NCBI RefSeq assembly: GCF_964204865.1
Contig: NC_135260.1
Location: forward strand, 20,646,001 to 20,710,000
Reading direction: 5' to 3'
Source of the DNA: Styela clava
Lineage: Eukaryota
Length of the DNA stretch: 64,000 nt
Shown here piece after piece: positions 13,001-25,173 of this stretch. The notes under the pieces were generated by a model, which worked only from the letters and a program-made list of their open reading frames with translations, was not told the origin of the DNA and made no database searches. Every line of letters starts with the position of its first letter. Positions within the stretch are counted from its first letter, which is position 1. A program made the position numbers and the translations under genes.

Positions 13001-16000
13001 TAAGTCAAGTCTAAGCTTTGTTGAACTGAGGCTAGCACTTGCAGTCGTGGGCAATTTTGTCAAATTCATCCAATTCAGAATATTGCTGTAGAACGGCTTT
13101 GAACGGTGTATTCCAAAACAGGGGCCGAATATTTAGTATTAATCAAATCTGAATGCTTAATAACATTAGAAATAGGCTGACTTCCACATGCCGCAATCGC
13201 GTACAATTTGAATTGTCTCGGATAAACTCGGTCATTTTCATTCATCCAGGAGATCGCGCCTCTTCGTCCTGTCAGAACATGGTAATAGGTAACCTTTTTT
13301 CATATATATATGCATGCTTCTGTGATAGCGCTAATTTGGGTCGTTTTTTCGTAGTTTTGGTGCAAATTATTATTTTGATACATATACACAAAAGCTCGGC
13401 GGTATGGCGCACCGTGCCAACGTTAGAAATACGCACCTCCGATTACCCTGTGCGGGTTCAATTATCCCGTGGAGGACAATTTTGCGCGAGGTGGAAAGTT
13501 GGAACCGCGGAGTGGTTCAGGTGAACGTAGTAGGTCGGTTTGGGGTTCCTCCACCATCAAGTCCATGCATCCAAAACAAATAACTGACCAACTAATTCTA
13601 TGCCCGATATGGACTGCTACCGATAACCCCACGAGAGGCCGTGGTACACCATATGAACAAGCTATCTTAACGACCTCCCTTGTGATAAATATGAAATACA
13701 ATCTACAATATTGAAACCGAACTTGCTTGTTTCAGACTGTATGAACAAGCTATCTTAACGACCTCCCCTGTGATAAATATGAAATACAATCTACAATATT
13801 GAAACCGAACTTGCTTGTTTCAGACTGTATGAACAAGCTATCTTAACGACCTCCCCTGTGATAAATATGAAATACAATATACAATATTGAAACCGAACTT
13901 GCTTGTTTCAGACTGTGGCAATCTACTGGAACCCGGGAGTGGAAGGAGCGTTAAGAGTTCGATTCGAAGATGAAGAGAGATACTTCAAAGCGTACGTGCA
14001 TTTCTTGAGAATATTACGGAGAAAGGAATTAGAGGTATAAATGAAATCTATCCATGCTATAATCTTACTAAATCTTATTTTTGACATAATATTCATGCCA
14101 TCTTTGGCGGGCTTATAAATAGATCAAGATCCCATAATTAGTGATAACGTGTTACAGTAAGGGCGCATTGGTGGGTGTGAGTAAAGTAAGTAAAGGTTAA
14201 TTAATACGCATTGGAACACCCAGTTTTGTCACCTAAACTTCTTCGAACATAAAGCACGATAGCGAGGCGACTTTGGCCAGTATATTCACCCCGACAAGAC
14301 ATTATATCAGCAACATAAGACTCTAATCAGGGATGGCCATTTCCGAATACTAAACTATTCCGAATACATTCTAAAATAATGTTTTCGAATCTGGACTTCC
14401 GAATACATTCTAAAATCGAAAATAACACATTTTTGTTTTAGTTTATTAAAACCCAGTAAATTAGGTAATGAGCTTTAATAGAAATATCAGAATAAAACCA
14501 CAAACCAACAGTATATGTACACAAAGTAATTGATAGTTTATAGCTATCAATAAAAAATAATAGCAACTTGTGGCACAGTCAGTTTATTAAAATTATTCAC
14601 TTAGTACAAATGACCATATGAAAAGATAGACAAGGAGTTGTCTGACGCTTCCTATCATTGGTACCATGATAATACGATAATAGTCAAGTCTATTGACAAA
14701 AATACTACTTGTATTCAGATAATTGTGTATATTTTCTGAGAGTAATAAAATTTATTGGCAATACAGGCAACTGAAACAAGCAACAACAATCGAAAATTCA
14801 TTATGCCCTTAAAAATTCTAATATTTAAGCCTAGAGTATTCTACTACCTACCAGTATATTTGTATATTAATTTATGTGAACCATATTGTTATTATGTGTA
14901 ACATATTGTCGCCTGCAACACCCATCGCGATTCCTCGCTCGTTAAAAAGCCGTCTTTTTCAGCGTATAATGATCATCCTGTCACGTAAAATATTCAATCC
15001 ATGACAACTACGAGATTCTATAATATTTTTAGATATTAATTTAATGTGTCCAACGTAACTCGCGGTTGCTTCTTCTTACGTCAAAAAAAACATTACTATT
15101 CGGTGAACGGCGATCTGTGACCTAAAAGTACGAGACAAACTGCCTGATGTATTTAATTTTAATACGTATTTTTGCAATCTTTCCAACTCGTTATCGCCGT
15201 TAGAAAAATCTCAAATAATGATATAAAATTCTCTTAAATTGTAGAGTATAAATCATTTCATATAATGAATATACATATAAAGTTTAGCAGTAAATTAAAA
15301 ATAGATATTCATCGCCGCGATTATGCCACCTGTTAAAAGAGTCGACTTTTACAACAAATAATATGACAACGAATGTATATTTTTCTGTTGTGCAAAGTGA
15401 TGAATTCGTGACCGACACGGGCATATTGGACACGTAGTGGACATAACGATCGTTTCAATATTATGTTGTTGTTGTTCTTTGACACGTTTTTAAAAAGTCG
15501 CTTTTCTCTTCGAATACTGGACCAATTGCTTTGAAATTTTCAGTGGTTAAAGATAAAAATTTTCTCCAGAAGGCTATTACTTTTTTTTTCGCTATGACGT
15601 CATCAAAATTATGTGACTCTACGTGTCCATATATTTGAGCATAGCTCTCTTGTTTAAAATGTCTTGCTTTATTAATTTAATTGTCTTCAATTTAACCTGC
15701 GGTTGCGTCGACAAAATAAAATCCTTACCACTCCTATATACCATTGCAATCCGCGGTCATAAAAATAAAAACGTGTGGTAAATTGCCGATTAAATAATGT
15801 TTTGATCCGTATTTTGCGAATTCGGCAAATATTTAGATGTACTTGTTAACAGTGACTCCGCTCAATCGAAATGCTGCGAACCTGATTATTTCTAATAAAA
15901 CCGTTCGAAAAATCCATAAATCTGCTGTTACTCAGAGTAAAATTCATTTCATCACAATAAAATTGATTGAATATACTTTGGATTAATTATATTATATACA

Positions 16001-17178
16001 TCCTCACAGCCCGAAAAAAGTCACGCTCCAAACCTTGTATCATGTTAACACGAAAATATTCGACGGCAATTTGAAGTAATGGATAATCAGGCAAATCCCG
16101 CCCTCAATTCGTGACGATATATTTCTAAACGCTGACCAAACATAATGTGTGCCAGAGGCACACGTAATTTTACGATTTTCACTGCCTAGAAAAGCGTTTT
16201 TTAAATTTTCGCGGGCCTCAATAAAACTTATATTGTTTGCGGTTTTATTTTCAGTATTTTAAATTGCTGCTTTTCAATCAAAAAGTTGCGTCTTTAGAAA
16301 CTCGCCGCCGATGAACGTATTTACCAGTTCACAATTCCGTGCGCGTACAAAAATGAAATAATTGTCATCGTTATCGTGGAACAAATTTGTGGAAAATTTT
16401 CGTTTTAGAGAAAATAACACAAACGTAAAGGCGTTTACGGCCTAAATAACACGGTACGCTGATGAGTGATGAAAACAATCACGCGCAAGTTTCTATCGAG
16501 AATGTTTTCATTCAACGGAAACGTCGTGAAAGCGGCGTCGAAAATGTGTGACGTCACACAAATATCCGATATTCTTATGAACGCTAATTCCGATATTCGA
16601 ATTGGCCATCCCTGACTCTAATATTACTTTGGAATATGAGAATATGATGGCTTTTCAATAAAAGACTATAAACGTTTGATTCGATATATAGTTTTGCTTC
16701 CGAATGAAGCCTGGAGACTTGATAATCTTCAACAACAGAAGAATGGCCCATGCTCGTAAGGAATATAATACGAAAGAAGGAAAACGTCATTTACAGGTGA
16801 CTGAGTTTGGGGGCATATATAGTGTCCAATCACAAACTTGTGAAGCAACTAGGATAATTTTGTTGGATTGTTCACCAGCATCTAGTGATATAACACACTA
16901 ACGCAGAACTCCCCTATCACTATCCATTGCATGTTATCTCAATGTTTTATTTTAAAAGAGGGCAAAAACAGTATATATTTTCAATGGTTTGTCACTAGAT
17001 TTTAAACTTGAATTTCATCAAACATTAGCCCTCAAAATAGTATTCTTAAATTTGACATCTACCTTACCAGGGTTGTTATATTAATCTTGATGACATGAAG
17101 AGCACTTATATGGTGCTGGCACACAAGCTTGGAAAAAAGGTTGTTCCACCCAAAGTCGGAAATCGGTGCTGGTACTAA
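7059..17178 (+). CDS. Gamma-butyrobetaine dioxygenase-like (BBOX1/TMLHE family) 2OG-Fe(II) dioxygenase, 10 exons (~7059-7138, 8336-8463, 10522-10729, 10804-10879, 11279-11323, 11808-11932, 12798-12999, 13912-14034, 16692-16796, 17071-17178)
   Basis: N-terminal WLRFHCRCKRC zinc motif, NSAYTSLGLPYHQDLPYYE (HxD), PGVQLLH, GGESQLVD, MKPGDLIIFNNRRMAHAR, RHLQGCY; all junctions in phase. Orthology within the family is not resolved. Confidence 0.9.
7728..8040. mobile_element. hAT-type MITE in BBOX1-like intron 1
   Basis: Imperfect TIR (CAGTGGTTTCC / GTGAATCACTA) with exact 8-bp TSD CTATAAGG. Confidence 0.75.
8911..9579. mobile_element. hAT-type MITE containing a partial family-B element
   Basis: TIR CAGAGATGGCCAAC / GTTGGCAACCCCT; degenerate TSD sharing CTAGCT; subterminal GATCG repeats. 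Confidence 0.55.
13400..13650 (+). mobile_element. tRNA-derived SINE-like repeat (second copy ~21040-21245)
   Basis: A-box-like TGGCGCA and B-box-like GGTTCAA; body CCA(C/T)CATCAAGTCCA(T/A)GCATC...AAATAACTG shared by both copies. Confidence 0.55.
13653..13916 (+). repeat. 88-bp tandem triplication spanning the intron 7/exon 8 acceptor of the BBOX1-like gene
   Basis: Near-identical units start at 13653, 13741 and 13829; each ends ...CTTGCTTGTTTCAG|ACTGT. Confidence 0.95.
14328..16614. mobile_element. Non-autonomous hAT element (~2.3 kb) in BBOX1-like intron 8
   Basis: TIR CAGGGATGGCCA / TGGCCATCCCTG; exact 8-bp TSD ACTCTAAT; subterminal CCGAATA repeats. Confidence 0.9.
15426..15654 (+). mobile_element. 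Non-autonomous Helentron/DINE-1-like element, family B (full copies also 38121-38370 and 44121-44368; partial at ~9392, 37194, 38555)
   Basis: Subterminal IR TGGACACGTAG / CTACGTGTCCA, (GTT)n microsatellite, 3' hairpin GAGC-ATA-GCTC, insertion in T runs. Confidence 0.8.
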
Positions 17179-17588
17179 TGAAACTGTGTCCATCATCCTT
17201 TAACTTTTGAAATTCATTGTTGTATGTACTTATGTTTTTATGTAATTATTTTTGATCGTCATGATTTTAAGTTGCAATAATGCCAATATGATATATGCCA
17301 AATGTTATTAAATGAGTAAATAAAATTTACGAAAGTATATGACAATTTCTACATTTTGAATGTAACAGATGGATTTCAGAGAGTACATGGGCAATAAGAA
17401 TTTATAATTTGCCTCAACACTGTGATACCATTCTTTATTAGTCTGGTGCTTGAATGATTTTAGCTCAACATCTTAGTATCTTTAACCATACCCCAATTCA
17501 CTCTTCAGACATTCATGTCATGTCGTGCACAGATCAGCAAGTCAGTACTCATTGGCTGGTATAGTAATCAGCTTACAGAAAACAGTCC

Positions 17589-19294
17589 TTACTCAGCATC
17601 GCGCTTTCGTTTTCTATGCCTGATTACCATTTCAGAAGCAGTTAATTTATGGCTAGTTCCCACCTCCCATTTCATATGACTATGAAGACTTTTTTGTCCA
17701 ACTTCAAATAAATTTCGTTCAACTTCATCCAGTTTTTCTTTATGTCTATTACTGTCAAATTTGAATGCATTGGTTGACCAATCCATTATCCTGCGAAATC
17801 TATCAGCAAATGCCTGCATTGAAGAATGAAACCTAATTCAAGATGTATTTGAAACTATCCCCTCAAGATTTTTACAAGGAAGTGATATAGGTGACATGGA
17901 AGCACATCATATTGGGCCCAACTATTGAAATCTCATAGATCCAAACCCTACCCCAGTGCGTGTGAAACAAATTAGGCTGAGCATTAACAAATTGAGAATA
18001 TTTTGATCCCTTTCACAGTTGCTTTACTAAAATCATCTTTCGAGAGGAATATGTGAAACACCTCCTAATGTAACAATAATCCTGTGCCTAAGAAAAGAAC
18101 ATGAATAAGTTACCTGAACTAGACTTCTTGCAACAAACACAGATTCATCTGCATTAAAAACCAGCATTTGTTGTCCCATTGCATAATAATATGGACCGAG
18201 TTTATGTAGATCTACAACTGATGCATCAGCCTATGTTGTTGAATGTAAAGAGAAATAACCAAACAGGGAATGAACAGAGCCACATGCAAAATATGAGGAG
18301 AGAATGCAGCAAAACCAAACATAGCACACACAAGGTTCATAAATTAAATAAAATATTATTTGACAAATTTTTGTGTTTATTAAATGAGGGACCACGACTA
18401 TGGCTGGAAAAGGCTAATAACAGAGAAGTGAACTATAAAAGAAGTGAAAATTGAGCTTCAATAGTTAGCCCGCTAATCAGCTTGTTACCATACCCATATT
18501 CCTATATAAATATTCAATATGAATTGTTGTTTGTACAATATACACATAATACCTTCTGTCTACAAAAATTTCATTAGAATATTAGTTTTCAAAATACCTT
18601 CAGAATTTCTCTATAAACTTCTCTGTAAGGTTTTGTTATTTCTACAGATACAAGTTTTCTTTTAGGATTTGCTCCAAGTGATGATGCAAGCCATAATGGC
18701 AAATCCATCTTTGTACCTGAAGATTAGCTTTGCATTATCAGAATGTGTGAACCAGGAATTATACTACACGGTTTATATAATAATACATGTAGCTAGTGGA
18801 TAGCCAGACAAACTCAATGGTATTTTGTTAAATTTAAATAATGCATTTCACAACATTCGAGCTAGCTGGCATACTCGTAAGAGAATGAACCTTCATAAGT
18901 GATATGCACCAGTGGAAAAAATAGGTTCAACTTAATCTATTAAAATTGGATTAAATGCGAGAGAAATAGGTCCATCCCGAATGACTAACGTAGATAGAGA
19001 TTTATGTAACAGCCTGAACAGTGGCTTCTTAAAAAAAAGTGTGATGAAACTTCATAAAAACAGTCCTGTAATTTAAAATTGGAATTATGTAAAATTTGCA
19101 TACTGCAACAATACATAATATTCAACTGCTGCAATACCTTCGGTTATGTCCTTTTTACCACTTCCTGGATCCAGAAAACCCAAACCAAACACTGGCAAAA
19201 GAAAGCTACATGGAACTTTTTCACTTGACATTAAAATATCATCAATACTAAAATAGTTTTGCTTCAAGCTTCCGCTCGGAGGAGCACAATCCAT
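17589..19294 (-). CDS. GINS3: GINS complex subunit 3 (Psf3), 4 exons (~19294-19138, 18716-18598, 18230-18114, 17813-17589)
   Basis: YFSIDDILMSSEKVPC, GTKMDLPLWLA, ADASVVDLHKLGPYYY, RFRRIMD, C-terminal HRKRK. Confidence 0.93.
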
Positions 19295-22240
19295 AAGTAT
19301 AATTAGTAATTATAGGTATATTATCTATAGACAAAAGTTTAATAACATATTATTCGCTCATTGGAAACTTTATCTACTTGGTCCTTTAACCATGCAGTGA
19401 ATATGATGGCCAGTATAATTCAAATGAATAACCAACTCCTGAACTCTGTTAGAAATTACAGAACATCTGGTTCAGGCTTGTACAGCAGTTGTAAACAAGG
19501 ATTCATCAATGGCATCAGCCTAACGAGGCACGATTATGTTTCAATATTTATGTACAGATAATTCTGTAATTTAAGTACGTTTAAACTATGCATGTATGTA
19601 CGGTACTTCCATCGGGTATAATATAGATTTAGTTGGGACTCCTGATTGACTCCGGGCAACCGAAAATATTCCCACATTATTAGTAGTATTTCTGTATTTA
19701 ATAATTGATGTAATCTGGACTACAATTTGGCAATATTTTGGCATGTTTTTGGCTAATGAAAAGGTTTAGCCTACCTCTTCATGCACTCAACTTTGGTTGG
19801 GCAACTTGGCACTTGACTCCAATTATAATCAGCTTAGCGAAATCATTTTTTTGTCCTTATATTAAATACTGTTCACTCTTGTTTGGATATTTTTATAAAA
19901 TTATAAAAATGGTGTGGCAAACAATCCTTATTATTTTTTACATTTCATCTTTTATTCTAATTTGTTTTTTATGTGTTTATTTATTTTTTTTTGGTTACCA
20001 TATAATTTATCTAAAGCTTCTTTCTTTTTACTTATCGATCTTAAGATCGGAAAGTATGTTGATGGGTATTTGTCTGATAGACACAAGCGATATCTCACGA
20101 AAAAGAGAATGAATCCGCTCCGAATTTTGCATATGCATTCATCATATCTCGGATCAGAAGCCTATAGATTTTGAATGAGTTATGTCGTATAATTAGCGAG
20201 TTATTAATTAATTAGTGATGGGACACAAGGTGGCACTATGGAGAAAGAGCGCTGTTTTGGGGGATCGCCTAACTTACTATTGATAAATCATGGGTCTCTG
20301 ACCGATATTCTCGTTTCTAATTTTATTAATGCCCTATGGTTGTGTGCGTGTGTGAATGATTTTATTTTTTTTTTCTTAGGTGAGTGAACACGTACCACTT
20401 CTTTTTGGCAATCCATCTTACAGTCTTATATTCTGTACGTTTTAAAACTTGTCCACGGATTTGTTTACTCTCCTGATTTCTGGATTTCATAATCAGTTTT
20501 TAATAATTTGTTTTTATCAAACATCTTATCGCCTTTTTGCTGATTATGGAGTCGTTATATAGACTACTCCCGATCCGATCCTGTTTGTTGAAAACCAGGC
20601 CCGGAATCCTGTTTTTCGGAGTCCTGGACCCGAATTCTGTTTGTGCTCAACACCCTCAATGCTCAACCATGGTTAACACTAGTGTGGGTGCAGATTTCAG
20701 GAATCGAAGTTGCACCGACCCTTGACCCCTGAAAAAACTTTTAAAATTTTAAACGCTTAGCGCGTATAATAAAAATCACAACAAAATGGTAGCCAAAGTT
20801 TGGATAAAATGTGGAGTTGATGGAATTGCAGAGAATTTTTGAGGTTCATGCGTAAAAGTAAAGTGTAACTTAGAAAAAGACAAATCTTGGGTGTATAATG
20901 AATCTTGCTATCCACTTGGCTGTTAAACTTGCGAAAAAATGTTGATGGAAGCTGGGAAAAATTTCATGAATGAAAAGCTTTCGGGTCAACTAAGAAGGGG
21001 ATTCATAAATATGCAATCGCTTCACACGATCATAGTTCAGGTTCAGTGTGGTGCAACATGCTAAGCGTTAGGAATGTTATTCTGCGTGGGTAGGCAGTTC
21101 CGAAATCCGTGGGAGATAACCATGTGCGAGAGGATTGCTGGACTCTTCGCCGCCGTAGGGTGGTTCACGTAACTGCGGGTCGGTTACAGCTTCTTCCATC
21201 ATCAAGTCCAAGCATCTGAAATAACTGGCTAATTACCCGACATACTGTCGCTGCTCTCATCACTGGGCTTATCATTTCCATCATCTAGCAATTGGGGGCC
21301 TGCGCAAAGTGGAAAAGAATGTAAGTAGCCGTTCGGGAACTCAGTCCCACAATACTTTCAGGTAATATGCATCTACATCTAACACTCCTTAATAGGATCA
21401 CTTATTTCTGCCATGTCTTCAGTTTCAACTTATCTGCTAAAAATGATTTCTTATTTGTGCATTATGAAACTGACGCTACCGTCAAATAGGTTCAGTAGGA
21501 GAATTTTCACCTTAAATTTATAATACGCCCTCAGGCATAATAGATGTTCATTTGGTTCCCAGGATAGCTTAGTTCGTACCCTTCTCCATTGTCAAGACCG
21601 TTTTTAATGCCCAAATCTTTCAGTTACTTTATTTAACAACACTTTTGATGTTTATTACTTATATTCACTATTCATCTTCAAAAAGATACCTATCAATGCA
21701 CTGTTTATGAATATACACCAAAATCTGCATGCGTATTAACATATTATGTAAATCACAAGTTCTTGTATAAGATTTTATATATATATATTCTTGTATATAG
21801 ACACACCCTTTTGAATACAACCGTGCCAAATTGAATTGCATGAGCAGCAAATGCCTTTGTGTGAAGTCTGTTTTTGCCTGCTCCAGTTTGTGCAGTAGTA
21901 ACGATTGTAGAAATACGGGTGCCACGCATGAGGAGAGATGATAATATTAATATTGAGTTATGGTTTTAACTTTCATGAAGTTTGATATCCTCCTAACCAA
22001 TTAGAATACTGATATACTTTCGTGAATATGAGGAATATTGAACTGGCTGTTGTTTTAGTATTTTTAATTACACATGCCTTTGCTTTGTACTCATTTTGTG
22101 TTCTTTTTATCTTGGAATTATGTTTAATTTTGCCACGTAATTTCAACATTGCTATATAATTATTTTTGTTAGTTTTACGAAATAATACGCCATAATATTC
22201 TATTCTATGTATATCGGCTGTAGGGATAGGCATTGCTAAT

Positions 22241-22569
22241 TGGAGCTAAGATCTGAAGCCCGACCCAAAATTCGGGCCGGAAATGTCAATCATTACGTTC
22301 GAATCGGATCTGGCTTCTCAATCGCTGACTTTTTTTTTAAATGAGGCGTTTTGACCACGAAAGATCATGGTCTGCAAAAAACAGAAGTTACCTCATCAAC
22401 ATGACACATACTGTACAAAACTCTTGCAATGACTATTCAATGAACGCCTAAATTAAATATGAAATTTCAGGCTTGGGTTGCAAATCCAGTTAATTAGACG
22501 GGCTCGGGTCGGGTTTAATACCCACGGGCCTGGGTCGGGGCGGAATTTTTGGGCCCGATCTTACTTCTA
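22241..22569. mobile_element. hAT-type MITE
   Basis: Imperfect TIR (TGGAGCTAAGATC / GATCTTACTTCTA), TSD T(T/A)GCTAAT, subterminal GGCCCG/CCCGAC repeats. Confidence 0.6.
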
Positions 22570-23693
22570 TAGCTAATTACTTAGTCACCGCACAAAGATG
22601 GAAAGAAAAGAAATTATGACGTCAGATTCATTTACAGAACTAATTGTGACACCAGGTGATATAAATGCTAACCCCTCCCTCAAAAAAAACATTTGTTTTT
22701 TTGTTTTTTTTCAACTTCATTTTGCGAGTTATTCTTGCTTTCCAGGTATTTCTGCATCTTGTTTTTCTGTTTATTTTTTGTGTTGTTCTCTTTTTTGTCA
22801 GAATACCGAAATAAAATGATGATGAGCCACCAGACCATAAAATTGTCAGGGTATTCCCCACTTCAGCTACATTGATGGCAATAACAGTTTGGGGAATATT
22901 TGAGGGGGCGTCGGTCGGTAGGTATAGGCGTATAGCCATGTGGGGTGAAGTGTTGGGCATTGAGAACTAATGGAATATATGATAAAGAACATTAGGTACA
23001 ATAAATCAATTAGAATTAACACACATAAGGTTTATAATAATGAATAGTGTTACTTGATGACTGAATGTAACCTACAGTCCTACACTTCAACTGTAACTGG
23101 CTGACCGATGTGGTAACGTATGTTGTGCTGATGAAGATAGGATATGATGTACATACCGGTAGTTATCCTGGTTACCCATATAATTGAAAGGAAAGCGTTT
23201 TCAAGTCCATTGGCATCTAAGCAGATTGTTGCCATGCCAAAAACTAAATGACTGGAATTTCTAATGTAATTAGAGGTTGAAAATTAATAAAGACAAATTT
23301 CTTAGCATAAATATAAATGCTGAAAGGAGCAATCATAACATCGATTTGGCAAAATATAACTGGTTTCAAAACACTGATGATGAAAATACAATGACAAGAC
23401 GCATCATTTTTAACAGCCACGCTATTTAGACACATTAAGGACGAAATGCTTAGGTTCCTACTGCTCACAGGAACAGTTTAACCAGAGCTATGCAATTATA
23501 ACATTTAGGACTGTAACACAATTTGAAATGGTTGTTACATTTTCTGCTAAATTTGTTAATTCAATTTTTATCCCTGCTAACATTAATAATCGATTTTGTA
23601 GCTTGAAACTGAAATACCACACAATAGTTTGCAGAAATCTCTAACAGTCAAACTTCCTTTTCTTTTGGTTCCATTACAGAATTTTATGCAATA

Positions 23694-24533
23694 ATGAAGT
23701 TGAGCACAAAAGGAAAATCATTGCAAGAGTTTGTTGAAACTGATATTAAAGCAATTGTTGTGGACATTGAAGGAACCACTACACCAATAACATTTGTCAC
23801 TGAAGTCCTGTTCCCATACATCAAAGAAAACATAAAGACATACTTGACCAAAAACTGGAATGAAAAAGAACTCTTAGATGATTATGAAGCTCTAAGAGCT
23901 TTGGCAGAGTCTGATAGACAATCGGAAATTGAAGATGTACCTTTAATACCATCACATGATGAAAAAGGTGCTCAAGAATCTGTGGTGAAAAACATTTTGT
24001 GGCAAATGTCTAAAGACAGAAAGTCGACAGCCTTGAAACAGTTGCAAGGCCACATGTGGCAGTCTGCTTACGCAGATGGACTTATCAAGGGTGATGTTTA
24101 TGAGGATGTGCCGAGTACTTTGAAATCCCTAAAGACTGACGGAAAATCGCTTTTTGTTTATTCTTCTGGAAGTATAAAGGCACAAAAACTACTTTTTGGA
24201 CATAGCAATAGGGGTGACCTTTGCCCACTATTTAGTGGATATTTTGACACAAATGTTGGCGCGAAGAAAGAAGCGTCGAGTTACATTAAGATATCAGATT
24301 CAATAGGCGAGAACCCAGAAAATATTATATTCTTGACAGATGTCCTTGCTGAAGCAGAGGCAGCAACAACAGCTGAAATGAATGCTTGTATTGTGCTACG
24401 TCCAGGAAACTACCCCATCTTAAAAGATGATCTGGAAAGATTTACAACAATAAAATCGTTCTCTGAACTTGTATTCACAGAGGAAGATATTCCAGAAAAG
24501 CGTCAGAAAGTTGACGAGTCCCTCAAGAAATAA
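23694..24533 (+). CDS. ENOPH1: Enolase-phosphatase E1 (methionine salvage, HAD family), single coding exon
   Basis: 279-aa ORF with DIEGTTTPI, DRKSTALKQLQGHMW, YSSGSIKAQKLLF, GYFDTNVGAK, FLTD, RPGN. Confidence 0.96.
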   Translation: MKLSTKGKSLQEFVETDIKAIVVDIEGTTTPITFVTEVLFPYIKENIKTYLTKNWNEKELLDDYEALRALAESDRQSEIEDVPLIPSHDEKGAQESVVKNILWQMSKDRKSTALKQLQGHMWQSAYADGLIKGDVYEDVPSTLKSLKTDGKSLFVYSSGSIKAQKLLFGHSNRGDLCPLFSGYFDTNVGAKKEASSYIKISDSIGENPENIIFLTDVLAEAEAATTAEMNACIVLRPGNYPILKDDLERFTTIKSFSELVFTEEDIPEKRQKVDESLKK

Positions 24534-25173
24534 AACTACGGTACTTAGTAATCAGTGATTGGTATTCCTAAACCTTGGGAAGCATGTGTCTTTGCATATT
24601 CTTGGTAATGTTTTGCTGATCCCAGTATTGGACAGCAAAATACTACTGATTGGCGCATATTCCCTTTTAAGCTAATAATTAGCATGCAGGCATATTTTAC
24701 ATAAATCCCAACTTAAATAACATTTTATTTAGGAAATAATTGGTTTGTGCATTATGTGGTGAAATTCATAAAGTTAAAAAAATATTGAAAAGATCTGTTT
24801 ATCATTAAATCAACCATCCATTGAAGGAGTCCAAGAAATTATCAAGTTGCTAGTTTGGGCTTAGCAGTTATAATACAAAACATATATCTCTCTCTGGAAA
24901 TCTCTGATAAAGGAAAGATTTAGCTAGCTTGTGAACCTTTTGTTGCAAAATTCTGCCCAGTGTCGAGTATTGAAATTCTAAGCATAGAGTAATTCCCTTG
25001 AAAAAGAAATTTGGAATGTCTTCGGATCCAGGACCCTATGTATGATGTAATAATAATCCAGTAAAATGAACTGATTCCATTTGAAGAATGATGATCTTGC
25101 AGTGGTAGTGATTAGACAAGACCCAGCAGGATGGAAATATTTCATTTGCCAGATGGAGCCTTACTTCTTCATC

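Noticed and set aside
23053-23133. Possible C/D-box snoRNA (TGATGA...CTGA...CTGA)
   Set aside because: Imperfect C box, no convincing terminal stem, and no rRNA guide I can verify.
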